Below are positions 8,230-18,300 of a stretch of 40,305 nt of DNA, in pieces. A program made the translations under genes and the position numbers. Below the pieces are notes generated by a model. It made no database searches. It worked only from the letters and a program-made list of their open reading frames with translations, and was not told where the DNA came from. The DNA is taken from positions 1-40,305 of the forward strand of contig JAJRVN010000050.1 in NCBI GenBank assembly GCA_024277325.1. Direction: 5' to 3'. Origin of the DNA: Patescibacteria group bacterium (lineage in GTDB: Bacteria; Patescibacteriota; Microgenomatia; JAADGY01). Every line of letters begins with the position of its first letter. Position 1 is the stretch's first letter.

Positions 8230-8783
8230 GAAATTTTATTAAGTTTTTGTTAATTGCATCCATATTCATTCTCACCTTTTCTGGAGGACAACCTACTTAT
8301 GGTTATCAACAAACAAAATATTGGGATTGTTTTGTAGATCAAAAAGGAATCTTCCATTTCACAACAAACAAGGCAATCAGTAATCTTGATAAGGACAATT
8401 ACAAAGTTAACGATTTTTGGGTAGAAGACGATTCCAACATAAAACAAATTAAGTATACATTTAATATTCAATTGATGTTAGATGGTGGAGAAGTTGTTAA
8501 GGGGGCGATATTAAGACATTTGAGTAATGATGTTTGTTCTTTTAATAATCTGGATAATTTAAACAGCTTACCCGAACCGACCAAACAAGCTGGTTATAAT
8601 GACGACGGGGAAAATAATGCTGATAACGAAATAATTATCTCTGATGTTTATGTCGACACAAACTCTCGCAGTGTGGTTGCTAACGCCAATACAGACCTCA
8701 CCCAAACCGACGCTAGGGTAAGAGTATATATAGATGATACAGTAGAATTATTTAATTTCACTGATTTAGGCTGTATAATATAG
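8226..8783 (+). CDS. Secreted or membrane-anchored hypothetical protein (185 aa)
   Basis: The start overlaps the upstream stop (ATGA). The N-terminal signal-like segment is FIKFLLIASIFILTFSGG. Coding sequence is low in GC. No family recognised. Confidence 0.6.
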   Translation: MRNFIKFLLIASIFILTFSGGQPTYGYQQTKYWDCFVDQKGIFHFTTNKAISNLDKDNYKVNDFWVEDDSNIKQIKYTFNIQLMLDGGEVVKGAILRHLSNDVCSFNNLDNLNSLPEPTKQAGYNDDGENNADNEIIISDVYVDTNSRSVVANANTDLTQTDARVRVYIDDTVELFNFTDLGCII

Positions 8784-8798
8784 AGAAACAAAAACAAA

Positions 8799-9905
8799 AT
8801 GAAGCAGATAAAATATTTATTAATCACCTTTTTGGTTATTGTTAGTTTTATATCTTTTCCCAAGATACAACCTATTTATGCTCTTGATCAAGATGGTTTT
8901 ACTTGTGATATTCCGCATGATTATAAAACCTTGGTGGTGGGTGGTCGCGTAGACTTAGAACAATATATAGAATCTGTCCAAGTTTCTCTCTTACCAAAAG
9001 ATATGGGTGACTCGATTAATCTCAGATTAACATGGTCAGATGTTATTAGGTCTACTAAGATACATGGCGCAGATTGGTGGGAAGCTTCTTTTAGATTATC
9101 AGACAAGCTCCAAGGTGGCGTCAATAACTACGTCCTAGGGTCGTGTAAAATAAAAACTAAGAACCAACCAACTCCAATCAAGGTCGACACAGGTTATGTT
9201 CAGGGGGCTTGTAGTGTAGATAGTGGTGGCTTTTTTTACGTAACATTAAACAAAGACACCAAACTAAATCAAGAAGATTATTTTTTCTCTTTGCTTTTTA
9301 AAACACAATCTGTCCCAAGCCAAAAAGTTAAGGTTTTTATTAAATCAAAAAAAGAGAGGGGTAATTCTATTGAATACAAACTAGCATTTAACACAGGCCG
9401 TTCCCTGCCGGCATCATCAGCTATTCAAAGTATTAGTTTAAAAAACCAATATTACACAGTATGTAAGGTTGATGGTATTGCTGACAACATACAACTAAAT
9501 ACAATAACCACCCTTCCCAACGACCCGTGCAGTCTCTTACCACCAAAGGAGGCTGATCAATGCCGCGAGTGTATGTATGAGGGAACTGACGAAAACGACT
9601 ATACCAAACCAAAAGGCCAGGTCTGGACCGGTCTGGGTTGTGTCAAGATAAAAACCACCGGCGATCTTTTTGGTGAAGCTTTTAAGATCTTGTCTAATAT
9701 TATTGGTGGCATCGCCATGTTGCTTTTAATCTATGCCTCGATTTTATTTATGGTGTCTGGAGGTGATGCTGAAAAGATTAAGAAGGCCAAATCCATCCTT
9801 ACCGCAGTTATCACCGGCATTTTGTTTGTCATTTTTTCTATCATGATCATGAAATTTATCGGCTTAACTCTGCTTGAGCTACCAACCTTAACTAACTCTT
9901 CTTAG
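8799..9905 (+). CDS. Surface protein with a Cys-containing ectodomain and a C-terminal VirB2/TrbC-like (T4SS pilin-like) two-helix module
   Basis: Signal-like N-terminus. The C-terminus IGGIAMLLLIYASILFMVSGGDAEKIKKAKSILTAVITGILFVIFSIMIMKFIG is two hydrophobic helices around a GD-x-E/A-KI...K loop. The same module ends the next gene. Confidence 0.55.
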   Translation: MKQIKYLLITFLVIVSFISFPKIQPIYALDQDGFTCDIPHDYKTLVVGGRVDLEQYIESVQVSLLPKDMGDSINLRLTWSDVIRSTKIHGADWWEASFRLSDKLQGGVNNYVLGSCKIKTKNQPTPIKVDTGYVQGACSVDSGGFFYVTLNKDTKLNQEDYFFSLLFKTQSVPSQKVKVFIKSKKERGNSIEYKLAFNTGRSLPASSAIQSISLKNQYYTVCKVDGIADNIQLNTITTLPNDPCSLLPPKEADQCRECMYEGTDENDYTKPKGQVWTGLGCVKIKTTGDLFGEAFKILSNIIGGIAMLLLIYASILFMVSGGDAEKIKKAKSILTAVITGILFVIFSIMIMKFIGLTLLELPTLTNSS

Positions 9906-9952
9906 TTTTTTTAGTTTGTAAATGCAACATTTTTAGTCGTATATAATAAGCT

Positions 9953-10660
9953 ATGAAAAAAATAAGCCTCAACTTCATAAGAATTACAATTCTAGCTTTT
10001 ATTCTTATGAGTTTGCAATTGCCTTTTGCTTACGCCGACACCCCGACAATAACACCAACGCCAACGCCAACCCCGACAATAACACCAACGCCAACTATTG
10101 CTTATCCACCAACCAACACACCTACTCCACTTTTTACACCGCCAACGCCAACTCCGACATCATCTTTAAACCAGCCAACTCATTTTCCAACAGCAACATC
10201 CATTCCAACCCCAACCCCAACCCCAACCATTCCTCCTTTGCCTCTAGTAACACTGACTCCTACTCCGACATTTACACCTGCTCCCATTCAAAGCCCAACT
10301 GCTCCACCACCTTCGCCAACATCTCAACCATCGAGTGTTTGGGACGATATTACTTATCAAAACACTCCTTTGGCCGGCTTGCCAAAAAAACTTAGTTTCG
10401 CCGGGGCTAACTACACCGGCTTGCCGGCGGCCCTAATCAACCTTATCTTTCCTCACCTTTTGATCTTTGCCGGTATCGTCGTCTTTGCCTATTTACTCTT
10501 TGGCGCCTACCGCTTTATGACCGCTTTTGGCGATGAAGCCAAAATCACCCAGGGCAAAAAAATCATCACCAACTCCATCGTTGGGTTTATCATTTTATTT
10601 ACCTCTTTCTGGCTGATTCAGCTGCTGGAAATCATCTTAAGAATACAAGTGGTCAGCTGA
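9953..10660 (+). CDS. Pro/Thr-rich surface protein with a C-terminal VirB2/TrbC-like (T4SS pilin-like) two-helix module
   Basis: Signal-like N-terminus and ~110 aa of TPTPTPT-type linker. The C-terminus [54 protein letters not shown] is paralogous to the C-terminus of the preceding protein. Confidence 0.55.
   Translation: MKKISLNFIRITILAFILMSLQLPFAYADTPTITPTPTPTPTITPTPTIAYPPTNTPTPLFTPPTPTPTSSLNQPTHFPTATSIPTPTPTPTIPPLPLVTLTPTPTFTPAPIQSPTAPPPSPTSQPSSVWDDITYQNTPLAGLPKKLSFAGANYTGLPAALINLIFPHLLIFAGIVVFAYLLFGAYRFMTAFGDEAKITQGKKIITNSIVGFIILFTSFWLIQLLEIILRIQVVS
10041..10095 (+). repeat. Direct tandem repeat (30-bp period) inside the Pro/Thr linker
   Basis: CCCCGACAATAACACCAACGCCAAC occurs at 10041-10065 and again at 10071-10095. 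It encodes TPTITPTPT units. Confidence 0.85.
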
Positions 10661-10681
10661 TTGGCTCTTGTGGAACAGATA

Positions 10682-11770
10682 ATGTCTTTAAAAGCTGGGA
10701 TCGTTGGTTTACCAAATGTCGGCAAATCAACTTTGTTTAATATTTTAACGGACAAAGCCCAGGCTCAGGCCGGCAACTTTCCCTTTACCACTATCCAACC
10801 AAATCTTGGCTTGGCACCGGTTCCAGACGGCAGGTTAGAAGCTTTGGCGTCTGTTGTTTACCAGCAGACAAAAATTAAGCCCCCAATCGTGCCGGCTTTG
10901 GTTAAGTTTGTTGACATTGCCGGCCTAGTTAAAGGCGCACACAAGGGAGAAGGTTTGGGCAATTTGTTTCTGTCACACATAAAGGAAGTTGATATTGTCG
11001 TTCATGTCATTCGAGTCTTTGAAGACAGTAAAGTGGTTAAAACCGGCAAAGACCCAGCAACCGATATTGATACCATAAAAACCGAGTTGGCTTTAAAAGA
11101 TCTTGAAACCTTAGAAAAGTACTTAAACAAGATCAAGGGTAAACAAGACAAATTATCTTTGAGGCAAAGACGGGTCACATCCGAGCTGGCCAAACAATTA
11201 TCCCAAAACCAAAGCTTGGATCTGTTTGTGTACAGCCAATCGGATTTGTCTTTAATTAAATCCTTATTTCTTCTGTCTCTAAAACCAATTATTTATTTTT
11301 TTAACCTGTCTGAGGCTCAACTGGCTGATAATAACCTGAAACAAAATTTAAAAGACAGCGTCAAGCCCCACCCGGCGATCTTTGGCTGTCTGAAAACCGA
11401 ATCGGCCTTGATTGGTACTCCTTGGCGGGAAAAACAAGAATACCTTGGTTTATTGGGGCAAAAAGAGCCTTCGGTTGATAGTTTAATCCGATTGGCCTAC
11501 AAACAACTTAACCTTGTTTCTTTCTTTACCGCCGGAACAAAAGAGGTTAGAGCCTGGCCGATAAAACAAACCTCAACCGCGGTTGAGGCCGCCGGCACGA
11601 TCCACACCGACTTTTCTAAAAACTTCATTAAGGTCAAGGTGGCCAAATTCGAAGACTTTGTTAAGTGTGGATCCTGGCCAAATCTAAAGCAGGCGGGCAA
11701 GATGCTAATTAAAGGAAGAGATTACCTTGTTCAAGATGGTGATGTTGTCGAATTCTTAATCGGCACTTAG
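10682..11770 (+). CDS. ychF: Ribosome-binding ATPase YchF
   Basis: [20 protein letters not shown] (P-loop), [17 protein letters not shown], and a C-terminal TGS-like segment ([16 protein letters not shown]...DGDVVEF). ATG 10682 is preferred over TTG 10661. Confidence 0.9.
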   Translation: MSLKAGIVGLPNVGKSTLFNILTDKAQAQAGNFPFTTIQPNLGLAPVPDGRLEALASVVYQQTKIKPPIVPALVKFVDIAGLVKGAHKGEGLGNLFLSHIKEVDIVVHVIRVFEDSKVVKTGKDPATDIDTIKTELALKDLETLEKYLNKIKGKQDKLSLRQRRVTSELAKQLSQNQSLDLFVYSQSDLSLIKSLFLLSLKPIIYFFNLSEAQLADNNLKQNLKDSVKPHPAIFGCLKTESALIGTPWREKQEYLGLLGQKEPSVDSLIRLAYKQLNLVSFFTAGTKEVRAWPIKQTSTAVEAAGTIHTDFSKNFIKVKVAKFEDFVKCGSWPNLKQAGKMLIKGRDYLVQDGDVVEFLIGT

Positions 11771-12415
11771 ATTGGAACTAAATATCTTAAGTCGTAGAGA
11801 CTTTATAATCGCCTCTAATTCCTGGCTGGCTTTGCCGGCTTGGTTGTCGCGGTTGACTATAAGATAATCAAATTCCCCAAACCGCTTCATTTCCCACACC
11901 GCCATCTTCAAATTCCAGTTTAGCCAATCGTCTTTTGGATTGCGATTTTTCAATCTTTTAACCAAAGACCCCATCGACGGCGGGGTGATAAAAACGGTAG
12001 CTGAATAAGGAAACATTTGCTTAACTTTGTCTTTGATGTTTTTGATCCCTCGAACATCCAATCGCCAAATGACATCGTGGCCAGAAGATAGGGTTTGTTC
12101 CAAGTGTTTTTTTTGACCACCGTATAGATTGCCCCGGTACTCCACCCACTCAAAAAAGGCGTCTTCGGCTATTAACTTTTCAAATTCATGCCTGGAAATA
12201 AAGTGGTAGTCTTTACCATCAACTTCTCCGGGGCGCTTGGCCCTTGTCGTCGTTGTCACAAAGTGGTTTATGTTGGGGTTGCGGGATAAGACCAAATTCA
12301 TAAGGGTGTCCTTGCCGGCTCCCGACGGGCCTGAAATCAAAACCAAAACCCCTTGATTAGATTGCCGGTCAATCCACTGGCTCAAATCTTTATTAATCGG
12401 CTCAACTGAATTCAT
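11756..12415 (-). CDS. gmk: Guanylate kinase
   Basis: LVLISGPSGAGKDTL and TTTRAKRPGEVDGKDYHFISRHEFE. The 3' end overlaps the ychF 3' end by 15 nt (convergent). Confidence 0.9.
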   Translation of the reverse strand: MNSVEPINKDLSQWIDRQSNQGVLVLISGPSGAGKDTLMNLVLSRNPNINHFVTTTTRAKRPGEVDGKDYHFISRHEFEKLIAEDAFFEWVEYRGNLYGGQKKHLEQTLSSGHDVIWRLDVRGIKNIKDKVKQMFPYSATVFITPPSMGSLVKRLKNRNPKDDWLNWNLKMAVWEMKRFGEFDYLIVNRDNQAGKASQELEAIIKSLRLKIFSSNLSAD

Positions 12416-12432
12416 GCTTAATTGTAAGGAAA

Positions 12433-12933
12433 TTAGCGGTAAAGGTCAACATCTATAAAGGTTTGGTTGTCGTAACGACTGATTATCAAGCTCCCCTGCC
12501 AAACCTTATTATCAACCAAAGCTCTAAACTTGCCCTTTTCGTTAGTTAAAACCGTTAGTTTCCATTTTTTCTTTTTCAACCACCGCTGATAAAACGAAGC
12601 TACGTCCTTAATTGAATAATTGGTATCAAATCGAACCGAGAGAGAGCTTTCTTCTATTTGGCTGGCGGCTAAAGCTATCTTGGCCCCGGGATAAACCGGA
12701 AACGAGGCCGGAAAATTCTCGGGTAGGTCGGATGAAAGTGAGGTTGTTTGGTTGTCGTCAGTATTGGTAATCAGCATCTGTCCATCGTTGGCTAAAGAAA
12801 CCCTGCCGCCAGTGACGGTTGTTAAAATCGAGTTGTATATCTGTTCAAATAGATATCTATTGTCTTTTTGTTTAAAAACAACCGCGGAAATAATAAGGCT
12901 TATGAGGCTTAGTATAATTAATTTTTTCAGCAT
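12433..12933 (-). CDS. Membrane-anchored hypothetical protein (166 aa)
   Basis: N-terminal hydrophobic anchor LIILSLISLIISAVVF. A GGGAG ribosome-binding site lies ~8 nt upstream. No family recognised. Confidence 0.6.
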   Translation of the reverse strand: MLKKLIILSLISLIISAVVFKQKDNRYLFEQIYNSILTTVTGGRVSLANDGQMLITNTDDNQTTSLSSDLPENFPASFPVYPGAKIALAASQIEESSLSVRFDTNYSIKDVASFYQRWLKKKKWKLTVLTNEKGKFRALVDNKVWQGSLIISRYDNQTFIDVDLYR

Positions 12934-12936
12934 AAG

Positions 12937-13035
12937 CTAGCTCCCAAAATTAAAAACAACTCCTATTGTTTGGCTAAAAACGAAAAAAAGTAAGGCTAGT
13001 ATGCCAAAAAGAAGAAAATAAAAACCGGCCTTCAT
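12937..13035 (-). CDS. Candidate 32-aa hydrophobic micro-protein (below the ORF-track cutoff)
   Basis: Manual translation: MKAGFYFLLFGILALLFFVFSQTIGVVFNFGS*. The stop lies 3 nt before the ATG of the 166-aa gene. A TATACT box (13042-13047) lies 6 nt upstream of its ATG. Speculative. Confidence 0.25.
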   Translation of the reverse strand: MKAGFYFLLFGILALLFFVFSQTIGVVFNFGS

Positions 13036-13131
13036 ATTTTTAGTATAAACCAGCTGTGCAGGCCAATCAATGTCGCTTTAGTTATAGGATGATAAAAAGA
13101 AGTCCCAAAAATTATGTGTTAAAATACTGGT

Positions 13132-13827
13132 ATGGCAACCGACCAAATTAATCTTGAGGTTCAAAGGAGGAACCTTCTTGGTAAGAAGGTTAAAAAACTA
13201 AGGCGCCAAGGTTATATCCCGGCTACGGTTTATGGTAAAAACTTTACTTCTGTGGCCATCCAGTTCCCAACCTCTCAAGTTAGGGTCTTAAAACAAGCCG
13301 GCGAAACCGGCATTGTTTACCTTACCCTCGACAAGCAGAAACTGCCGACGATGATAAGACATATCCAACAACACCCCGTCACCAACAAAATCCTCCATGT
13401 TGATTTTTATAAGGTCAACCTTAAAGAAAAAGTTAAGGCTCAAGTGCCGATCGAGCTTATTGGCGAGGCGCCTATCGTCAAGTCCGGCTACAATTTGGTT
13501 CAAGTCCTTCATGAGGTTGAGGTTGAGGCCCTCCCCGCCGACATTCCCGACTCTATCCAGGTTGATGTCAGTCACCTGGAAGATGAAGGCCAAGACATTA
13601 GAATTAAAGATTTGAAAATAGACACTAAAAAAACCGAGCTTATAGAAATCGATCCTGAAGAAACCATCGTCGTCATTGAAAAGCCTAAAGAAGAAGTTGA
13701 GGAAGAGCCGACCGAAGAGGTGTCCGAGGCCGAAGTCAAAGAAGATGCCGGCCAAGAGAAAAAGCTTGAAGAAAAAACCGGCGATCAGCACCAAACCGAC
13801 GACAAGTCCGATAAAAAAGACAACTAA
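13132..13827 (+). CDS. rplY: 50S ribosomal protein L25/Ctc form, with a long acidic/lysine-rich tail
   Basis: LEVQRRNLLGKKVKKLRRQGYIPATVYGK...IRHIQQHPVTNKILHVDFYKV. A TGTTAAAAT extended -10-like box (13117-13125) lies 6 nt upstream of the ATG. Confidence 0.9.
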   Translation: MATDQINLEVQRRNLLGKKVKKLRRQGYIPATVYGKNFTSVAIQFPTSQVRVLKQAGETGIVYLTLDKQKLPTMIRHIQQHPVTNKILHVDFYKVNLKEKVKAQVPIELIGEAPIVKSGYNLVQVLHEVEVEALPADIPDSIQVDVSHLEDEGQDIRIKDLKIDTKKTELIEIDPEETIVVIEKPKEEVEEEPTEEVSEAEVKEDAGQEKKLEEKTGDQHQTDDKSDKKDN

Positions 13828-13889
13828 TTTTTAAACCATTAAATCGTTTATATATCACCTTCTCAGGTAGTGTTATAATCAGAAATAAG

Positions 13890-15386
13890 ATGAGGTTAAC
13901 GATAAAAAAGGCTTTGGCTTGGTTGGTTTTTGCTCTTTTAATTACGGTTTTGGTCGGTAGGATAAACTTGGTTTCGGCTCGAGTAATTCAGTTTGGGCCC
14001 GATAGTGGCGGTGGTGGTGTTATGAGTATACCAATTGTCCAAGAATGGTCTGATTCTTGTCAAAACGGCCGGGTCAGCTTTCAAACTTTTACAGCCGGAT
14101 GTGATCAAGGTAATTCAGACAATTTATTCACCAGCTTGTACTTGGCCTTTTCCAAATCGCTTTTAAGTATGGATTACAGCGGCGAGGTTACCTCTGATGG
14201 GGCGGTTCAGAAGATGTTTTCGCTTGTAAACAACATGGCCTTAAACGAACCGCCTGTTTCTTCCGGCTATTACTTGGCCGACTTGGGTAAAAATCTAGGC
14301 TTTAACTTGGTACCGGAAACCTACGCTCAAGAAACCAATTCGGTTTTGGGTATTGGTTTTTCTGCCTTTGCCGCGGTTTTAAAGCTGTGGCGAGCCTTTG
14401 CTGATATTGCTTTTGGCTTGATGGCCATCATCTTTTTGGTTATCGGCTTTTTAATTATGTTTAGATCCAAGCTTAGCGCTCAAACCGAGATCACCATCCA
14501 GTCGGCTCTGCCCCGATTGGCGGTCACTATATTTTTGATCGCCTTCTCTTATCCCATCGCCGGTTTTATGATTGATCTTATGTATTTGGTCATTTATGCC
14601 TTTATCGGCTTTTTGGGTACCAGCCACCTGATAGATAAAACCGTGGCTTTGCAACAGGTTTTCACCAGTCACCCGTTTAATATTCTTTTAGGTAAGGGTT
14701 TTGTCAGTCGGCCAACCGACACAATCACCGACTCGGTCGGCAGCTTAGTTAGTCAGCAGTTCGGCGGCTTGGTCGGTTTTTTGGCTAATAATTTTGTCAG
14801 CAGTGCCTTCTTTATGGTTCTTTTGGTTATTTTCCTTTTGTTTATCAGTTTTAAAATCTTTATCATCCTTTTAAAGGCTTATGCTTATATATTGATGCAG
14901 GTTATCTTGGCGCCGATTTATATTCTTGGCAACGCTTTTCCGGGTAGTTCAGCTTGTTCCTCATGGTTAAAGGGTCTTATAGCTAAGCTAGCCGTCTTCC
15001 CCATCGTCATCTTCCACATCATCATAGCGGCGATTCTGGTCGGGGCGACCGGCTGGGGAGCAAGCGAAAACTTGTTCTCGGGATCAGGTTCCAGGTTGTG
15101 GTCGCCTCCGTTAATGAACTTTGGTGTCACTACGACCGGTTTTGACGGCATTCTGGCCATTGTGGCCTTGGGCATCTTGTATATGGCTCCCAACGCCGCC
15201 GAGATGGCCGAACAACTACTCAAGGGTCAATTCAATATTAACGTTGGCCAATCTATGGGTGGAGCTGTTCAACAGTTTGCCTATCCGGCCAAACAATACT
15301 GGCAAAGGCGCGAAAGGCGAAAGAGTTATGAAGAGCAAGCTAGGGCTATGGATAAGTACCGCAATCTTGAAGAGAGGTCTAAATAA
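13890..15386 (+). CDS. Polytopic membrane protein; VirB6/TrbL-like candidate (by architecture and context only)
   Basis: 498 aa: N-terminal anchor, ~130-aa extracytoplasmic segment, then at least 6-7 long hydrophobic segments and a charged C-terminal tail (RRERRKSYEEQARAMDKYRNLEERSK). Located in the T4SS-like neighbourhood. The CDS is confident; the functional call is tentative. Confidence 0.45.
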   Translation: MRLTIKKALAWLVFALLITVLVGRINLVSARVIQFGPDSGGGGVMSIPIVQEWSDSCQNGRVSFQTFTAGCDQGNSDNLFTSLYLAFSKSLLSMDYSGEVTSDGAVQKMFSLVNNMALNEPPVSSGYYLADLGKNLGFNLVPETYAQETNSVLGIGFSAFAAVLKLWRAFADIAFGLMAIIFLVIGFLIMFRSKLSAQTEITIQSALPRLAVTIFLIAFSYPIAGFMIDLMYLVIYAFIGFLGTSHLIDKTVALQQVFTSHPFNILLGKGFVSRPTDTITDSVGSLVSQQFGGLVGFLANNFVSSAFFMVLLVIFLLFISFKIFIILLKAYAYILMQVILAPIYILGNAFPGSSACSSWLKGLIAKLAVFPIVIFHIIIAAILVGATGWGASENLFSGSGSRLWSPPLMNFGVTTTGFDGILAIVALGILYMAPNAAEMAEQLLKGQFNINVGQSMGGAVQQFAYPAKQYWQRRERRKSYEEQARAMDKYRNLEERSK

Positions 15387-15391
15387 AAACC

Positions 15392-18300
15392 TTATTTGCT
15401 TCCGGCCAAACCTTCCTTCAGAGCTAAGCCTGTAACTCCCAGACCAACCAAGCCGGAAACTATTAAGAATTCCTTGAAGATGTCATCCAAATCAAAGTTA
15501 AAGCCTAACCGGTACCAATAATAATACATTCGGCCGACGTGTTTTTTGGCAATATCCCTGACCATTTTATTATCTAACATACCATCGCCCTCAACCTTAA
15601 TCAAAAAGTCCATAATGTCCCGCTTATCCAACGTGTATTTTTCTCCCAACCAACTGGTGCCATTGAGCAAAGCCATTAAAGACACGCCCTCGCCTTTAAG
15701 ATAATAGGCCATATTCAATCTGAGTCTTTGAGCCCAATCAAACTGTCTGCTGTTATATACATCTCTTAGTGTGGTGGTCGCCACTACCGGCTGGCCGGTT
15801 AGCGGGTCGATACATTTAATTTGGCCGGTTTCATAAACCGGCAAACCTCTCTCATCTATCAACTGTTCACCTATCGGCAGTTTAAACGGCTTATCCCATT
15901 CGACCGGGTCGCTGTGGAACGGTGACCAGGGGCGCCTGGCTCTGTGGGCTTTGTACCAAGTAATCAAAAGGTCAACCAGCGGCTTCATAACCATGCGGAC
16001 GACGTCGGCCCCCAAGGTTGTTCCTTTTAGGATGCCAAAAATTTCATACAGGGTATCGCGGCTTGGCCGGCTGCTGAACCTAAACATCTGGTTACTAACC
16101 TTTTCCATAGCCACGGCATAGCGCATGAAATCAAAATAGTCGTTAAAGCCGAAGCCAATATCATACAAAGCCGTCGCCACCTCGTTATTTCTGATATTGC
16201 CGATGAACCGGTTCGACCACTTGGCCATAATGGTTCGCAAAACCAACAAGCCTTGTTTCCGCCTGTCTATCTCGGCTTGGTTACTGCCTAAGTGATCATA
16301 GTTGTTAGCATTAATCTTACCGTGGAGCATTCTTTCTAGTTGTTGGGTTTTTCTTCTGTTAAAACCTAAGAAAGTGTATAGGCCGTTATCTCCATATTTT
16401 TGTTCTTCGGTTAAATCGCCTAATTTATCCAAGACTAGTTTGATAGCCTCGGCTTTTTCGGGATCGTCAAAAAAACCGGTCAAGCCTTGTTTGTCCGGAT
16501 CTCTGTCTTGTTTGGCGTGCCAAACCCACTCGCTGCTATCATCACTCACACCGCCATCTTGTTCGATCCCTCCATAACCTAGCACCCTGACATCGCCAAC
16601 GGTTCTTAAGATAGGGTTGTCCTGGTGGTCTTCAAAAAATACGCATTGCAGGCCTCGGCGCAGTTTTTTTGCTTCAGAACTACTTAAATTAGGAATACCA
16701 AAAAAATCAACCAAGATTTTATCGAATACAGCTAAATCACCCTTGAGAATTCGAGACGGCGGCGGAGCTATTTGTTCCATTAAAATCCCGTCAACCCCGC
16801 CGACCGGGCCGCCATATTTGGTAATGTAGTGGCGGAAGGCTAAAATGGCTTTAACCTTATCTTTAGGATAGCCTTCATAATAACCTTTAAGGGCGTTGTA
16901 GTAACCGCCGGTAATTATCATCCACGAAACTGCCCCCATGCTCATAAACCTAAGTTGAGATCTGGCCCCATAATCAAGCGAATTATAATCTATGCCTTTA
17001 TCTTTTAAGACTTGCTTAATTACCCCCAATCTGATCTCTTCGATTTTTTCTATGTTTTCTTCATAAACGTATAACTCTACGTTTTTGGGAGTTAGGTTGT
17101 TTTTTTTATACTCTTCATAATCGCTTCCTGCCACGTCTTTCAGGTTGGCGGGGTACATCTCCCAAGCATCAATAAAATCGGCTAAAAAAAGATCTTGGTT
17201 AGCTACCTCTATTTTGCTTTTTTGCATAGCGTTTATTTCTCTTTCGTCAACCAGCGACCGTTGGTGAAAAAGTTGTTCGTAGCTTGATTTTAAAGTTCTT
17301 CTTTCCATCTCCATCATTCTCAAGAAGCCTCTGGTGGAAAGGCTGTCTCTTAACGGTAGGAGGTTGATTAATATGAGAATGTATTGTTGGTCAATTGACG
17401 GCAAGCTCTTGTTTTCTTCGCCCGGCCTCATAGACTCGGCTAAAAGGCGGCGGCTGGCATCGGCAAAAAAATTGTTCTGCAAAAGAGAAATAACTTTTTG
17501 CACTCTCTCTTTTGCCCCATCAGACAAGCTGTCTAAATCATAGTCGTAAAGATAAACCAAGGCTTTTATCTGATGATATTTCATAAGTTCTTCATCTTTG
17601 TTGTCAGGGTGATTGTACCTAATAGAATAAGCACTGTTGATAACCTGGCTCATTTTATCGACTATCTCGCGGGCTATTGGATCATCGGCATTAAGGATTT
17701 CTTGGTTTAATTTGCCATAAACCCTGGATACGTCTATTGAGTGGTTAAGTAGATCAACAAAAACCCGGCTTGGGTCATACGAAAAAAACCGATTATCAAA
17801 CCCTCTCTCAGCTTGGCGAGCCATAAATTGAGTCATGGCCGCTTCATAACTTTTAGATTGGGGATCGATTTGAGCCGGCGGTCTTAACTCGGGCATCGGT
17901 GAAATAATATCATCAACCTGGTGTTGCAGGCTGGCATGAATCTCAAAAATATGATGGAACCAATTAATCACGTCTCGGCTTAAGCTTAGCCGCTCAGCTA
18001 CCCGGCCGATAACCGTGCTTATCCTACCTTCGTCCAACAACTCAACCAACTCTTCTGATTCATCTTGGCCAAAGCCACGATCTATCAAAAGTTCCAGAAT
18101 GCTTTTGTAAGTTTTGGTTATTTGACTTAGTTTTTGGACGGTTTTAACTTGCTCCAAAACCATAACCATCTTTTCCAGCTTGCCGATCTCTTTTTCTAAA
18201 GACTGATACTCGGCTGTGTCCGGAGTTAATCCTCGAAGTTTGGCCTGCTTTTTAGCCAGGTCACCTTTAACTTCTGACAACCTAACCAAACCTTTTTGCT

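Noticed and set aside
10035-10330. Repetitive ACNCCNAC-type DNA, considered as a possible CRISPR array or non-coding satellite
   Set aside because: It is in frame within a long ORF and encodes a TPTPTP linker. The repeats are short and degenerate, with no spacer structure and no cas genes nearby.
13288-13794. 168-aa minus-strand ORF and 72-aa plus-strand ORF overlapping rplY
   Set aside because: The product is F/L-rich and mirrors the K/E-rich L25 tail. rplY is unambiguous on the plus strand.
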